From positions 1 to 64,000 of the forward strand of contig MU271351.1 in the NCBI GenBank assembly GCA_021432655.1: 64,000 nucleotides of DNA, written 5' to 3'. The position numbers and the translations under genes are program-made. Source of the DNA: Atractiella rhizophila (lineage: Eukaryota). Positions 53,001 to 64,000 of this stretch are shown here, one piece after another. Each line of letters starts with the position of its first letter. The first letter of the stretch is position 1. The notes under the pieces are model-generated. The model saw only the letters and a list, made by a program, of their open reading frames with translations. It was not told where the DNA came from and did not search any database.

Positions 53001-53468
53001 TCACATTTTTTTGTCAAGTGGAGCTATCGACTGCTCGAGCGAATCAATCCTCGAAGTTGCTGCTTGCACTGGCAAAGTAACACAATCACAATCCTGTAAA
53101 CCCAATATCCTTTGAAGGGAGAGAAGGGGAAACGTACAACGCTCTTTGACTTCCTCACTCATTTGATCAAACCGACTTTCCAAATTCGTAAGGAGTGAGT
53201 CCACCTTACCGACACAAGGGAAGCTGCTTAGACCCTGCTTTCTTCTCATCACACAAAAGAGTGGACGCACCCAATCATTCAGTTCCACAGCACTGGTAAT
53301 CTCCCCCCCAAGACCAAGCTTCAATTCATCTTTTGTGGTCGCGTTTGACGAGCTAGCTGCAGCCGCACCTTTGCCTTTTCGTAGCGCTGTCGGAGGCTCA
53401 GACCGCGAAGGACCAGTACGTGTGGGTTGAGAATTATTTGGGAGGGACAGAGGAGTAGCGGAGGCCAT
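53001..53468 (-). CDS. HSBP1-like second copy with an altered, truncated C-terminus
   Basis: Same exons as copy 1, but it ends SIAPLDKKM* at the duplication junction. Confidence 0.6.
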   Translation of the reverse strand: MASATPLSLPNNSQPTRTGPSRSEPPTALRKGKGAAAASSSNATTKDELKLGLGGEITSAVELNDWVRPLFCVMRRKQGLSSFPCVGKVDSLLTNLESRFDQMSEEVKERCTFPLLSLQRILGLQDCDCVTLPVQAATSRIDSLEQSIAPLDKKM

Positions 53469-53711
53469 GTTAGCTTCTCAAGTCTTGGTTGTTAACGTTC
53501 AACGTTCAACGTTCATCACTTATGGTCTTGCCGCTTGTTGCGTACTAGAAAGCACGTGATAAGCCAAGGGCAGAGATTGAGTTGGTTGATAAATAACTGC
53601 AACTGCAAAACAATACTCAGACTTGTTTGGATATGAAAACAAAAACTGCAAAACAGTATCTGAGATGTGAGGATAGTATAGTAGTAAGAAAGCGCAACTT
53701 GCAAAAAGGTG

Positions 53712-53794
53712 TACGAGAAGTGGGGATCGAACCCACGACCTTATGCGATTAACCGATGTTAAGCATATGCTACTACCAACTGAGCTATCCCCGC
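53712..53794 (-). tRNA. tRNA-Val(AAC) with a 9-nt intron, copy 2
   Basis: The sequence appears identical to 52359-52441. Confidence 0.9.
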
Positions 53795-54433
53795 GTACAT
53801 GAGGCTTCGGCTAGAAATAGCCTATATTCAAAATATATTCGTCATTTCTCATTATATCGCTATCCTTTATTTGACCTCAATCACCTCAATCAAGACTGGA
53901 AGTGCGGAATATGGATACAAGATCCAGCCTCATACATCCCATTGTTCCTCGAAAGTTTTGTGCTTTCCTCACCTTATGCCCCCTGGTCCAGCTCACTGAT
54001 ATATCCTGAAAATAAATGTAACTGTGAAGGCAAACATCTGCGGACTGACATAGTGTCCCGGCTAGTATGGCGCCGAGCTCATCTGCTTCTGACCCAGCCG
54101 TCTCTCCGTCGTCAAAACGGGTTGAAAATAGTTGTTCTCGTGTCGGAAGTGGACCCACCAATCAGGTTTCAAGCCGTTGCTTCGGCCCCAGAACTTGGCC
54201 CCCAGGCTTTGATGATAAATTGTTTCGCGCTTGTCAACGACACGAACAGGTTGATCTTCTAGGGCCGGGAGGAACATTGGGAAGGAACGATTTCGTATTC
54301 TCGACTCTCATTACACGCTTAGCAAGCAACAGAATACGCTTTAGGTGAGTTGTTATTCACATTTTTTTGTCAAGTGGCAGGGTTGAGTGGTTGGGTCTCG
54401 GTGGACCAGTTTGTGCAGTCGAGCCGAAGCAAG

Positions 54434-55780
54434 ATGGATATCCTCCTTCATCACTTCGATGAGCTTTTTGGGCGATAGGCTATATGCCAAGTACTTCCCT
54501 GTCCAACAGCCCTGCGACAGCTTTACTCCCCTCCATGCTCGATCCTACCTAGATCCTTCCAACGCCGGTTCCAGCTACTCTACGCTTCCGAACGACACTT
54601 ATTCGCCATCTCCAGACCTCGTCTGCGTTGCCACGGTCTCACGTTATGCACGAGACAACATTTTTAGGCAATTCACCTCGCTATACGTTCTCACAGCGAT
54701 CGGCATATTTGTTCTCTACTTCTCCGTCGCTGGATTATCATACTACTTTTTATTCGACAAGCGGTTGAGAAAGCATCCGAAGTTTCTGAAGAATCAAGAA
54801 AAACAAGAAATTATTCATTCCTTACAGACCTTCCTACCTCTCGATGCCCTCACGACGCCGTGGTTCTTGGGAGAGGTGAGGGGACACAGCATGATTTATG
54901 ACGGATTTCGCGATGGGCCGTGGGGATCAAGCAACTTGGGAAGTTACGGATACATCGTATTCAGCAGCTTGCTTTTCCTCTTCTTGACCGACCTGGGCAT
55001 CTACTGGGCACACCGTGCTCTTCACTGGCCTTCGGTGTACAAAAGGTGCGTTCTATTTTACCTCATCATCATGCGCTGGCTGACCGATGACATCGTTGCA
55101 GGCTACATAAGCCGCATCACAAGTGGATCAGTGTGTTTTTTATATCTGTCATCGCAATGATACTAAGCAGCGGACAGTCCCCACTCCTTGGGCTTCTCAC
55201 GCTTTCCACCCTCTCGATGGATACGCTCAGTCGTTGCCTTACCACATCTTCGTCTATGTCTTTCCCCTGAACAAGTTTCTCTTCATTGGCCTGTTCATAT
55301 TCGTCAATGTCTGGAGTATCTTGGTACGACTTTCTTTGTTCTGGAGCTTCGATGATTCACAGCCGTCCAGATTCACGACTCAGACATGATATCTGACCAC
55401 CCAGCAGAATACTACATCAACGGTCCTGCCCATCATACTCTGCATCACAGTGCGTACTCTTTCCTGGCTATACTTTCTCAATGCTGAGAGTGCTCGCAGT
55501 GTATTTCACCGTGAACTACGGCCAATACTTTACCTGGGCTGACCGCTACTGGTCCTCATTCCGGAAACCAGAGACCGTCGACGATCCGATCCATCGAGCT
55601 CTGGAAATCATCGCTGCTGAAGAGAAAGCCAAGACGGAGAAACTGGGACTTCACAGTGCCGAATCGTCAACAGCTTTGAGCGACGCCGACTCAGCATCCA
55701 CTGTCTCGTCATCCTCCTCTCTTCCAGCAACGCCGCTAGACGAACCGCTATCTACTTCCGATCTGAGGAAGAGGAAGTAA
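54434..55780 (+). CDS. ERG3: C-5 sterol desaturase, multi-exon, with an apparent +1 frameshift near codon 13
   Basis: HPKFLKNQ and histidine boxes IYWAHRALH, LHKPHHKW and HHTLHH, plus ASHAFHPLDG and NYGQYFTWADR. Confidence 0.92.
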
Positions 55781-56292
55781 GATAATGACAGACGTACGGC
55801 CTTTATTGCCGTTGCCAGGCCGAATTGTTGCATGATTGATTGATTTATACTTCGCCTCTGTTTTGTATTGGTTCGCCTTCGAGCTTCTGGTCGCTAGAGG
55901 AGGAGTCTTTTGAGCTCTTCTAATTTACATCTGTGGTCCTCGTCTCGGTCCCCTTAAATATTATCTCTTGCTCTAGGGGTTCAAAATCTTGTTACGAGAT
56001 GTTAATTCACGGTGGTTAAGGATCACTTTAATTGTCTTGTCTCTTTCTTGAGAGTATTGCATTATCATCACTTCATCCTTCATCCTTCAGCATGTATGTT
56101 TATGACCAAATACCCACCCAATTCCATCCCTTAGAGTATAATGTATCCAGTGTTCCTTGTCACATCCTGAGTTGGCAACGTGATCAAGATGAAAGCAAGC
56201 TTGTATTGCCATAATAAACAGGTTGAGAGAAAGGACTAAATTACACCCTCAGAGTTCGACAGCAGTTCAACCCTTCCCACATCATGATCCAT

Positions 56293-57528
56293 TCATGACA
56301 TAGCCAGTTCCTTCTTGAGCTGCACCCATCCCGAACATGTCAGCACAACAGTGGTGAGCAGAAAATGAGGTGAGTAGCTGACGGACCTGAGAAATGGCCT
56401 TAGCAGGGTTCAAGCCCTTCGGGCAAGTCTTGGTGCAGTTGAAGATGGTATGACACCTGTAGAGTGAAAAGGTGTTCTGGAGCTTCTCTCTCCTCTCTGG
56501 CGCAGAAGCAGCGTCTCTCGAATCCGCGACCCATCGATAGGCCTGCATGAGCACGGCGGGTCCCAGGTATTCGTCCGAGTTCCACCAGTACGAGGGGCAG
56601 GAAGTGGAGCAGCAGGCACACAGGATACACTCGTACATGCCGTCAAGCTTTTCTCGGTCCTCAATTGATTGAAGGTGTTCCCCTGCATTTGGTCAAGCAG
56701 TCGTTAGTTACTGTGAGAGGGAGGAGGAAGAGGAAACGCACGACCGTCAGCTGGCGGTGGTGCTTTCAGGTATGGTTCGATGGACTTGTATTGTTTGTAG
56801 AACTGGGTGAGGTCGGGAACCAGATCCTTAACGACGTGCACTGTTCAACAAATCATTTGAAGTTGTCCCCAACAAGTTGCGTGGAAAAACGTACTGTGAG
56901 GGAGAGGGTAGATTTTGATGTCACCGGACGAGTCCCTGTCAATCCTCTTCAAGCAAGCCAAAGTGTTTCCACCCTCAATATTCATCGCACAGCTCCCGCA
57001 AATGCCCTCCCTGCAACTCCGTCTATCCATTCCAACACACACACTCTCAATACTCCATCACCGTAAGGTAGAAGGAGAGAACGAACCGGAAAGTGAGAGT
57101 GGGGTCAATCTCATTCTTGATCTTGATTAGAGCATCCAAAATCATAGGACCGCAGGCATTCAAATCAATCGTATAGCTCTGCATCTTAGGCTTCTCTGTC
57201 GGCCTATCAGGGTTCTACCGCGACCAATACCACCTCATAAACCACCTTGCAATCCGTAGGATGAGTACAACTTACCCATCGGTAAATCTGAAAGGTTTTC
57301 AACACCGGAGCCTTGGCTGTCGTTTCGCCAACAGGGGTAGCGAGTTTGTTAGCTGGGGTAGTCGAGATACTCCTCGAACAGGTAGCCACCAACTAAGCAT
57401 CCCACATGGAAAGAAAAAGCACGAAAGCTCATCAATTTCTGGTCATTTTTCGCACAAGAAAGGAGACATACAGGCCGTGCACTAGGGCGAAAGGCGCGGA
57501 AGGCAGAGGAGGCGAGGGAGGTGGACAT
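56293..57528 (-). CDS. SDH2: Succinate dehydrogenase iron-sulfur subunit, multi-exon
   Basis: Mitochondrial presequence, then [43 protein letters not shown] and [17 protein letters not shown]. Confidence 0.97.
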
Positions 57529-58575
57529 GTTGAAGCGAGTGGATGTGAGCTGGTGGTTGTTTTCACAAAGTGGTCGAAGTCCGGCAAATCATCATTCCGG
57601 CTTTCGCCGGGCGAATCAAAAGCGACCAATTTCCATCACACCAGCTTCAGTATCTACCTCATCCCAAACTCAGGCTCAGGCTAGGCTTCCAAGTCTTGAA
57701 ATGAGCTAGGTTGGGAGTAGGTATAGTGATGCATGTCATCAACAGTGCTGGTCTGTCCTTTCCTGCGCCGTGACCTGCACCTCAGGCCGCAGGCTCTTCT
57801 CTTTGAGTGTCAAACAGTTATCACTCAGAAAACAGTGAACTTGAAAAAAGGCATCACAGCCTCCTCCGCTCGTAATTATCTGGTTCTTCAGGGATCCTTG
57901 AGCGATGGTAATGACTCGCTAGCCAAGAATGAACAATACCATTTTCATCTCTATCTAAGCTACATATTCCACGTGGACATTTCTAGCCAGCAGCCGCTCA
58001 GGCTGAAGGCCAGTTACAAGCCTTCACAGAGTAGTCTGTAGCCTGAGCTACCCAAAGGCTGAGCACTTCAGCCCAGGACTCTCTTTGATGAAGCTGGTAG
58101 CGTATTCCGTTCATGCATGACATGTTTTGCGCGAATTATTTCCAGCTTCCGAGCACTTTGAGTGTTGGAAATCTGGACCGTCTAGCAAATCTCCTCTGCT
58201 GTTCCAGCCCGTTCAGCAATGCAACCCATCCCCTCTCGAACTTGCAAAATGCGGAGTCTGCCATGACATCATACCTTCCAAACTGTTCTAAACATTTACC
58301 AAAAGTTCTTACTCCGCATGGTCCTCGATCGCTCCAGGTCAGGTTGGCGTCACGATCAACAGCATTTGGATTTTTGCGTCAATGCAGGTCACTGCATCTC
58401 CAAGGAGACTTGGAAACCAAAGGGGACAAGGCATCCTCATAAAAGCCTTCTTCCCCGTCTTCATTCTCCAACTTTCCTTTTAACGACCTGCTCACGCCTT
58501 TAACGTCGATCCAAACGAGTCCCTCCACTCTTCAATCCGAGTCTGTGTTCTGTATCACTTAAATAAACCTGAACA

Positions 58576-59464
58576 ATGGCCGTCGGAAACATCCCCGGAA
58601 TCATTTTCCTCCTTGGAGCAACCATTTTGCTCGTCCTTGCGTCCATCTCTGTGCCAGTTGTTAAACGTTTCTATTTTCTCGAATCGCATTTCAATGGCGT
58701 GGAATTCGCCGGGCAGTCTTTTGGAAGGACGAAACTCACGGTTGGGATGTGGGGGTATGTTCCAGTCTCCTTCGAAGGATTCCAGGTCTAAGAGGACGTG
58801 TGGACCAGATACTGCATCAACCCACCTGGTGGATTTGAGACCACTTGCTCTCATGCAAAGTTGGGATACGGACTCGATCTCGACTTCCTCAACATCAATG
58901 ATAATGGAAGACTGGCTTCCGCGTTGATCAGAGGACTAACGAAAGCGCAAATTTTGCATCCCATTGCTGCCGGGATCACCTTTGTTGGTATGCTGGCATT
59001 CCTACTGAGAATGAACACTCAGCTTACACATTCCCAGCTTTCATCTTTGCCCTTTCCACAAATCCCGTTGTAGATATACTTGCATCAGCGATTGCTTTTC
59101 GTTCGTCTTCCGCTTCTCAGGTTACTGCATGCTCACCGTCTAGCAGTCGGGTTCATCGTCTGCGCAATTGTTTTTGGGATCGATTGTGGGCTCTACATTA
59201 CAGCCCGAAACAGGATCAACGACGTAGACGACGACTCTACAGAACTAGGTTCGTCAGATCTTTCCTTCACTTCGTCCTTGCACGATCTCATCTCCGATTC
59301 TTGCAGGAAACGCTTTCTGGATGGTAATGACCGCCGTCATTCTCACCTTCCTTGCTTCCTTCCTCGTCTGCTTCGGTTTCTTGAAGAGGAGAAGGGCTAG
59401 CCGAAGGGGGGCTCCCGCACCCGTCATGACTGAGAGGAGAAGGTGGCCGTGGCAGAGGTACTAA
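58576..59464 (+). CDS. PalI/SUR7 family tetraspan membrane protein, paralog 1
   Basis: MAVGNIPGIIFLLGATILLVLASIS..FYFL..GMWG|YC..CS..LGY..LTKAQILHPIAAG, with a basic C-terminal tail. Confidence 0.85.
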
Positions 59465-60007
59465 GCTTTCGAAAGGACTTTCAGATTGGCTTTTTGACAG
59501 AGAAATGCCTGAACTTCGTGTATTTCAATGTTTCAGATTTTTTTGATCTTCATGTGATAAATTGTGTCTCGTTCTTACAGATGTTTGTTGAGGTTGGGAT
59601 TTGATACAGAAAAGGCGTTGTGCAATAACGATAAACGAGATGATATACCAAATTTAATCAATTCCAATTGTATGTTGACGATGAACAAGACTCTTATTAA
59701 GCTTACCTGCATCAAATTGTATGCTCCGTCAGGTGTGTACTTTTCCAAACTGTCACAAAAGGTTTCCTGTGTTGCGAGGGGTCGCGCGATGTCGCAAACG
59801 GGCGTAATTCCGCTAGGTTGGCAGCGCCTCCTTCCTGGATCCTTCGATAACGACGGAAACTGTCAACCGAGGGCTCCACTGCACAACACTGCCGCTCAAG
59901 ACCATAACAGGGTATCCGGCAGACGATAAAGAAGGAACGATTCTGAGTCGCTGTCCCCTTTTTCCGCACACTTTTGACGATCGTAGCAACGCTTTCAGGA
60001 TTTCACG

Positions 60008-60950
60008 ATGTCTGGGCTGTCTTTCGTTGGGATTTTTCTCCTTTTCTGTATGTTCGTCTCTCGACCATGAAAGAAACTGCTTTGATAGAAGTTCGATGCT
60101 CTAGCCGCAACAGGGCTGTTGGTTATAGCTTCCATCACAGCTCCCGAAGTCAAGCGATTCTACTTTCTGGAAGCCTTCTTCCAGAATGCCACCTTCCGCA
60201 CAAACGTGGCAGGGACGGTGAAAGTCACATTTGGATCGTTCGGGTACTGCATTAGGCAATATGGATTCAAATCTGTGTGCACAAATAGCAACATTGGATA
60301 CAGCAAAGGTGCATTTCTTGAATCTCTCGAGTTAGTGAGACGACTATGCTGACAGAGAAGGCAGGTTTGCTGGACGAACTTACCGTGAATGGATCCACTG
60401 TTACCGGAAAACTCGTCTTCAAGCTAACGAAAGCTCTGATCCTTCATCCTGTTGCCGCGTCAGCCTCTCCTCTCCTGCTGCTTTTTTTGTGCTCAACCGA
60501 GATGGATGCAGTGGAATTTCCTTCTTCGCCTTTCTTCTCGCGCTCTCAACAAATCCCCTTGTTGATATCCTTGCTTCCGTCGTTTCCCTGCTAGGAGTTG
60601 CGACTACCAGTGCAGCATTTGTTCTGGATTCCATCATATTCATCATTGCGCGGAACCGATTCGATGATTTACGAGGAGGATACGCTCGGTTGCACAGGGC
60701 ATACTAGTTAGTTCATCACCTTGTTCCTTCGCCCTCTCAATATCTTGGATTTTGATGAACGAACAGCTTCACGGCGGCAGCGGCTGGCCTTCAGCTCATC
60801 GCGGCCTTTTTCGTCCTTTGTGGTCACTTCCGAAGGAGGAGGGAAATCAGAACCTCCCCTTTTCAACCTTACCGTCCCCCACAGCGGATACCGATGAGCC
60901 AAAGGTGGCCCATGAAGAACTTTGCTTATTCCCGCGTCAGCAGAGGTTGA
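60008..60950 (+). CDS. PalI/SUR7 family tetraspan membrane protein, paralog 2
   Basis: VIASITAP..RFYFLE..FGSFGYC..CT..IGY..LTKALILHPVAA..FIIARNR. Confidence 0.85.
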
Positions 60951-61550
60951 ACACATTGTGTTAAGATTCTTGAGTTTGAGAAGACGCACGGACGGTTTCC
61001 AGAATGTTTCAGGTGTAGGATGTTTTTCAGCTAAAATGTTGATGATTGCGCTGTATTTAGGATTTGCCATGGCCAATTTACGCTTTCGCGTCTAGAACCA
61101 TAGTCGTCCCGAGCAGTGTGCTAAGTGTGGTGCAGAATCAGCCGAGGTGTGCTGGCCAGTCTCAAGACGACCGTTACCTCGGTTCACTAGAACATGAGCG
61201 GCCATTAAGGTGGAAAGGGTAGATTAGCATCTCCTGTCGCTTCTCAATTGATCAAGAGCTTTCTCGAGTTGGAATTGAAAGGCCAAGTTTGCAGAAGCCA
61301 CTTGCATCCGCTTCGGAAGATTGACATGATCTCATTAACAAGCATCAGCTTCACTTCTTGCGACGTCATCGAGGCAAGTGCATTGAAAGTGACGTCATAA
61401 CCTTAGCATCACAATCAGCTGCCTTCCCCGTTAAAAGGATCACTCTGCTCTTCATTTTTCTCCAGCATTTTCTCCATCATAACCAAGTGTAACGCTTCTA
61501 ACGACCCCTCCAAGTTCTCTACCTTATAACGACTTTCATAGCTCAACGCA

Positions 61551-62478
61551 ATGGCGCTTGGAAACATCCCTGGAATCATTCTATTGCTCGGTACGTTTTT
61601 CTCACTTCCGCAGATACCCACTAACGTCTCCTTCGACCATAGGTGCAACTGTTCTCCTCATCATCGCTAGCTTGGGATTGGAGACAACCAAAACCTTCTA
61701 CTATTTGGACGCACACATTAGCGGTTTGTTATCCGTTCCAAACTCACGTTGCACCGTTGCTCATGTTGTTTGATAATCAGGTATTTCTGGCGTCACCGGA
61801 GCCGCGCGTTTGAAGTTGGGGACATGGTCATGGTGTGTGAATACAGGCAATGGAAACACATGCTCTGACACTGGTATTGGTTACGACTTGAAGAGTATGT
61901 CCTTTCTTTCGTTTCATATGGAAAACGCTGAAGGATGTGCTGCAAAAAGATCTATTTTTTTCTGGAATAAGTGTTTTAGACCAAAAAACTATCCAAAATT
62001 CTGTTATCGAAGGATTAACAAAGGCTCTCATTCTCGTCCCGATCGGAGCCGGCCTCTCATTCCTCGCCCTTTTATTCGCACTTTCTACGAATATCCTACT
62101 CGATATACTTGCTTCCGTTTTTTCCTTCTTGGCCGCCTTGGTGACCGGAATCGCAGTCTGCTTCGAGGCAGCTGCTTTTGTCATTGCTCGCGACCGAATC
62201 AACGATGCTGATGCGGCTAACGATTCCGCCACACTTGGGTACGTTTCCCGCATCCTTTTTTTGTAGGACGATGATTGATCGTTGACTCTCCAAACAGCAA
62301 CAACTTCTGGTTCGTCATCGCGAGTTTCATCGCACAATTTCTCGCAATGTTCCTCGTCCTCTTTGGCTGCCTCAAGCGCCGAAGGAGCAGGTCTGCCTAC
62401 CCACCCCCTGCCGCTGCTCCTGCTGCTCCTATGTCTGAGCGTACGTGGTATGGAAGGAGGAGGCCCGTTGTTGTCTAA
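61551..62478 (+). CDS. PalI/SUR7 family tetraspan membrane protein, paralog 3
   Basis: MALGNIPGIILLL|..LGTWSWC..CSDTGIGY..LTKALILVPIGAG..IARDRIND. Confidence 0.85.
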
Positions 62479-62845
62479 ATATCCTTTTTTTCGATTTTGG
62501 GTATCCAATTCGGTGTTTCATTGTATGAAGAAAAGATTGCGCTTGAGGAACTGGCGTCATTATTTGTTTGATGATATAGCAGAGGCTGCTTTTCATGTCG
62601 ATGATTTTGGACACTTTGTTTACTATATACTGTTAATCCACAATGAATAACGAACCCATTACAGTAGCACTGCCGCTTCATTTAATACATCTATGCACGT
62701 TCTCCTTGTAGGACACTATCGAGAACAAAGAATATGAAGATTTAAAGAATCAATTTTAGCTCCATTTCGAAGCGAAAGTGAGCTATAACAGAGTTAGTGC
62801 GCACAGTTTTGACTGAACAACTGTCGCTCGACCAACTCTTCGCCC

Positions 62846-63989
62846 CTACCGTTCGACCTCTAGAACTCCCATCTCGATCTTCTTCAATCCCCATACGACC
62901 CCAATCTTTGTCCACCTCCAGCAGGTCATGAAATCTCTCACGCTTCTGTACACGACTAGTGCAGTCAGGAGTATCATGTCCAGATTGACGCCTTCGAGTC
63001 TTTGCACCCAGGCCATACGCTGAAACGGACCAAAATAGCATAAGGTGAGCGGAACCAGCATACTGGTCGCAAGGGAGAGAAAAACAAGTCCCAGGAGGAA
63101 ATGGAAGGCTGTTTTCATTCCCCACGGAGAAGCTGAGGAGCCTTCCACTGGTCGACCTTCCATCCTGGCCCTCTTCTTCCGTCTTACTTGCTGTAAGTTC
63201 CACACCGCTCGTCCGAGAGCATCTCCGTGCTCATCAGGTATAAGTGGAAGCACTCCGTACTCTAAGGAATCAGTATCGATATCGGAGATGATGGCCATCA
63301 AAGCGTTGTCCGCCTCTACTTCTTCATCTTTGTCTTCCCCCAAAACGAAAGAAAAGTCCATATTAAGGCTTGCGGATAACCCTCGAAGAGCTGTGTGGAT
63401 TGAACTTTCTAGGGGGTCGCCCCGCTCGAGGATGTTGGAGTAGGGATCTGCTATAGAAGAGAAGGAGAGGAGGTAGGCAGCGATGTGTCCTGAGAAGAAT
63501 ATGAGGAGGAGGTACAGAAGAACTGTGAGGAATAAGAGGGTGGGTTTGGATTCTGCCAACCCAGCGATGCGCCTGCGTGTAAAACGGTAGCGGTAGTGGC
63601 ACTGCGGGCATTCGAAGAACGATTCTGCAGTAATGCCGCTTTCAATCAATAATACAATTCATATAAGAAAACATACGACTGGTAGGTGAAGCATGCCGCC
63701 ATGCATCGAGGCAAGTGACATGTACGAGTCCAATGGAACCTCGGCAACGGCACTGTGAAATAGTTGAGCATCCAGCTTCACCATAGAGACCACAATAGCT
63801 AAGTAAAACACACGGGAGAAATAAGCTGTCCGAGTTCTGCATTCTCGCGAGCAAGGCAGATTTTACACTGCCGTTCATCCACTGGTGTTACTGCTGGCCA
63901 CTGTGTCTCCTGTTTCTGGACACCTTGGGCTACCCTTTCACTAGGCTCCAAAGTCCCATCCCTCTCCCTGATTTGTATAATCTCTCCAT
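62846..63989 (-). CDS. RING-variant (RINGv/MARCH-type) membrane E3 ubiquitin ligase, multi-exon
   Basis: QCKICL..LISP|CRCRGSIGLVHVTCLDAWR..CPQCHYRY (C4HC3) followed by hydrophobic segments. Confidence 0.85.
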
Positions 63990-64000
63990 CTCCTAAAGCC

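Larger units (their letters stand above)
51712..54377. repeat. Diverged direct tandem duplication of about 1.3 kb (51712-53021 and 53023-54377)
   Basis: Both copies start gctatcgactgctcgagcg and end cacatttttttgtcaagtgg. They differ by substitutions and small indels. Confidence 0.95.

Overview
This is a gene-dense, intron-rich eukaryotic window. Short GT-AG introns of about 50 nt, fungal gene families and a Tps1 with a large internal insert suggest a basidiomycete fungus (inference). About 27 protein genes can be assembled across introns: an Egt2-like PLP lyase, TIP20/RINT1, a PRM10-like exporter, a RecQ helicase, NOP4, CCS1, a GH13 alpha-amylase with CBM20, an Asi-like RING ligase, a hybrid histidine kinase, an F-box protein, PAC3, a RAI1/DXO-like protein, a PHD+H15 protein, a GH5 glucanase, TPS1, a GH3 hexosaminidase, HSBP1, ERG3, SDH2, three tandem PalI/SUR7 genes, a RING-variant ligase and several hypotheticals. 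There are also two copies of an intron-containing tRNA-Val(AAC). I see no CRISPR array, rRNA or recognisable transposase. The strongest unexplained signals are three local tandem duplications (96 bp in RecQ; 385 bp in the amylase, where an A14 junction creates a new in-frame intron; about 1.3 kb covering HSBP1, the tRNA and the ERG3 upstream region), a +1 frameshift in the conserved ERG3 N-terminus, a 640-nt intron in the Asi-like gene, and a DXO-like protein with altered catalytic motifs. The duplications and the frameshift could be assembly or haplotype artefacts and need read-level checks. Exon boundaries were read by eye and are approximate.
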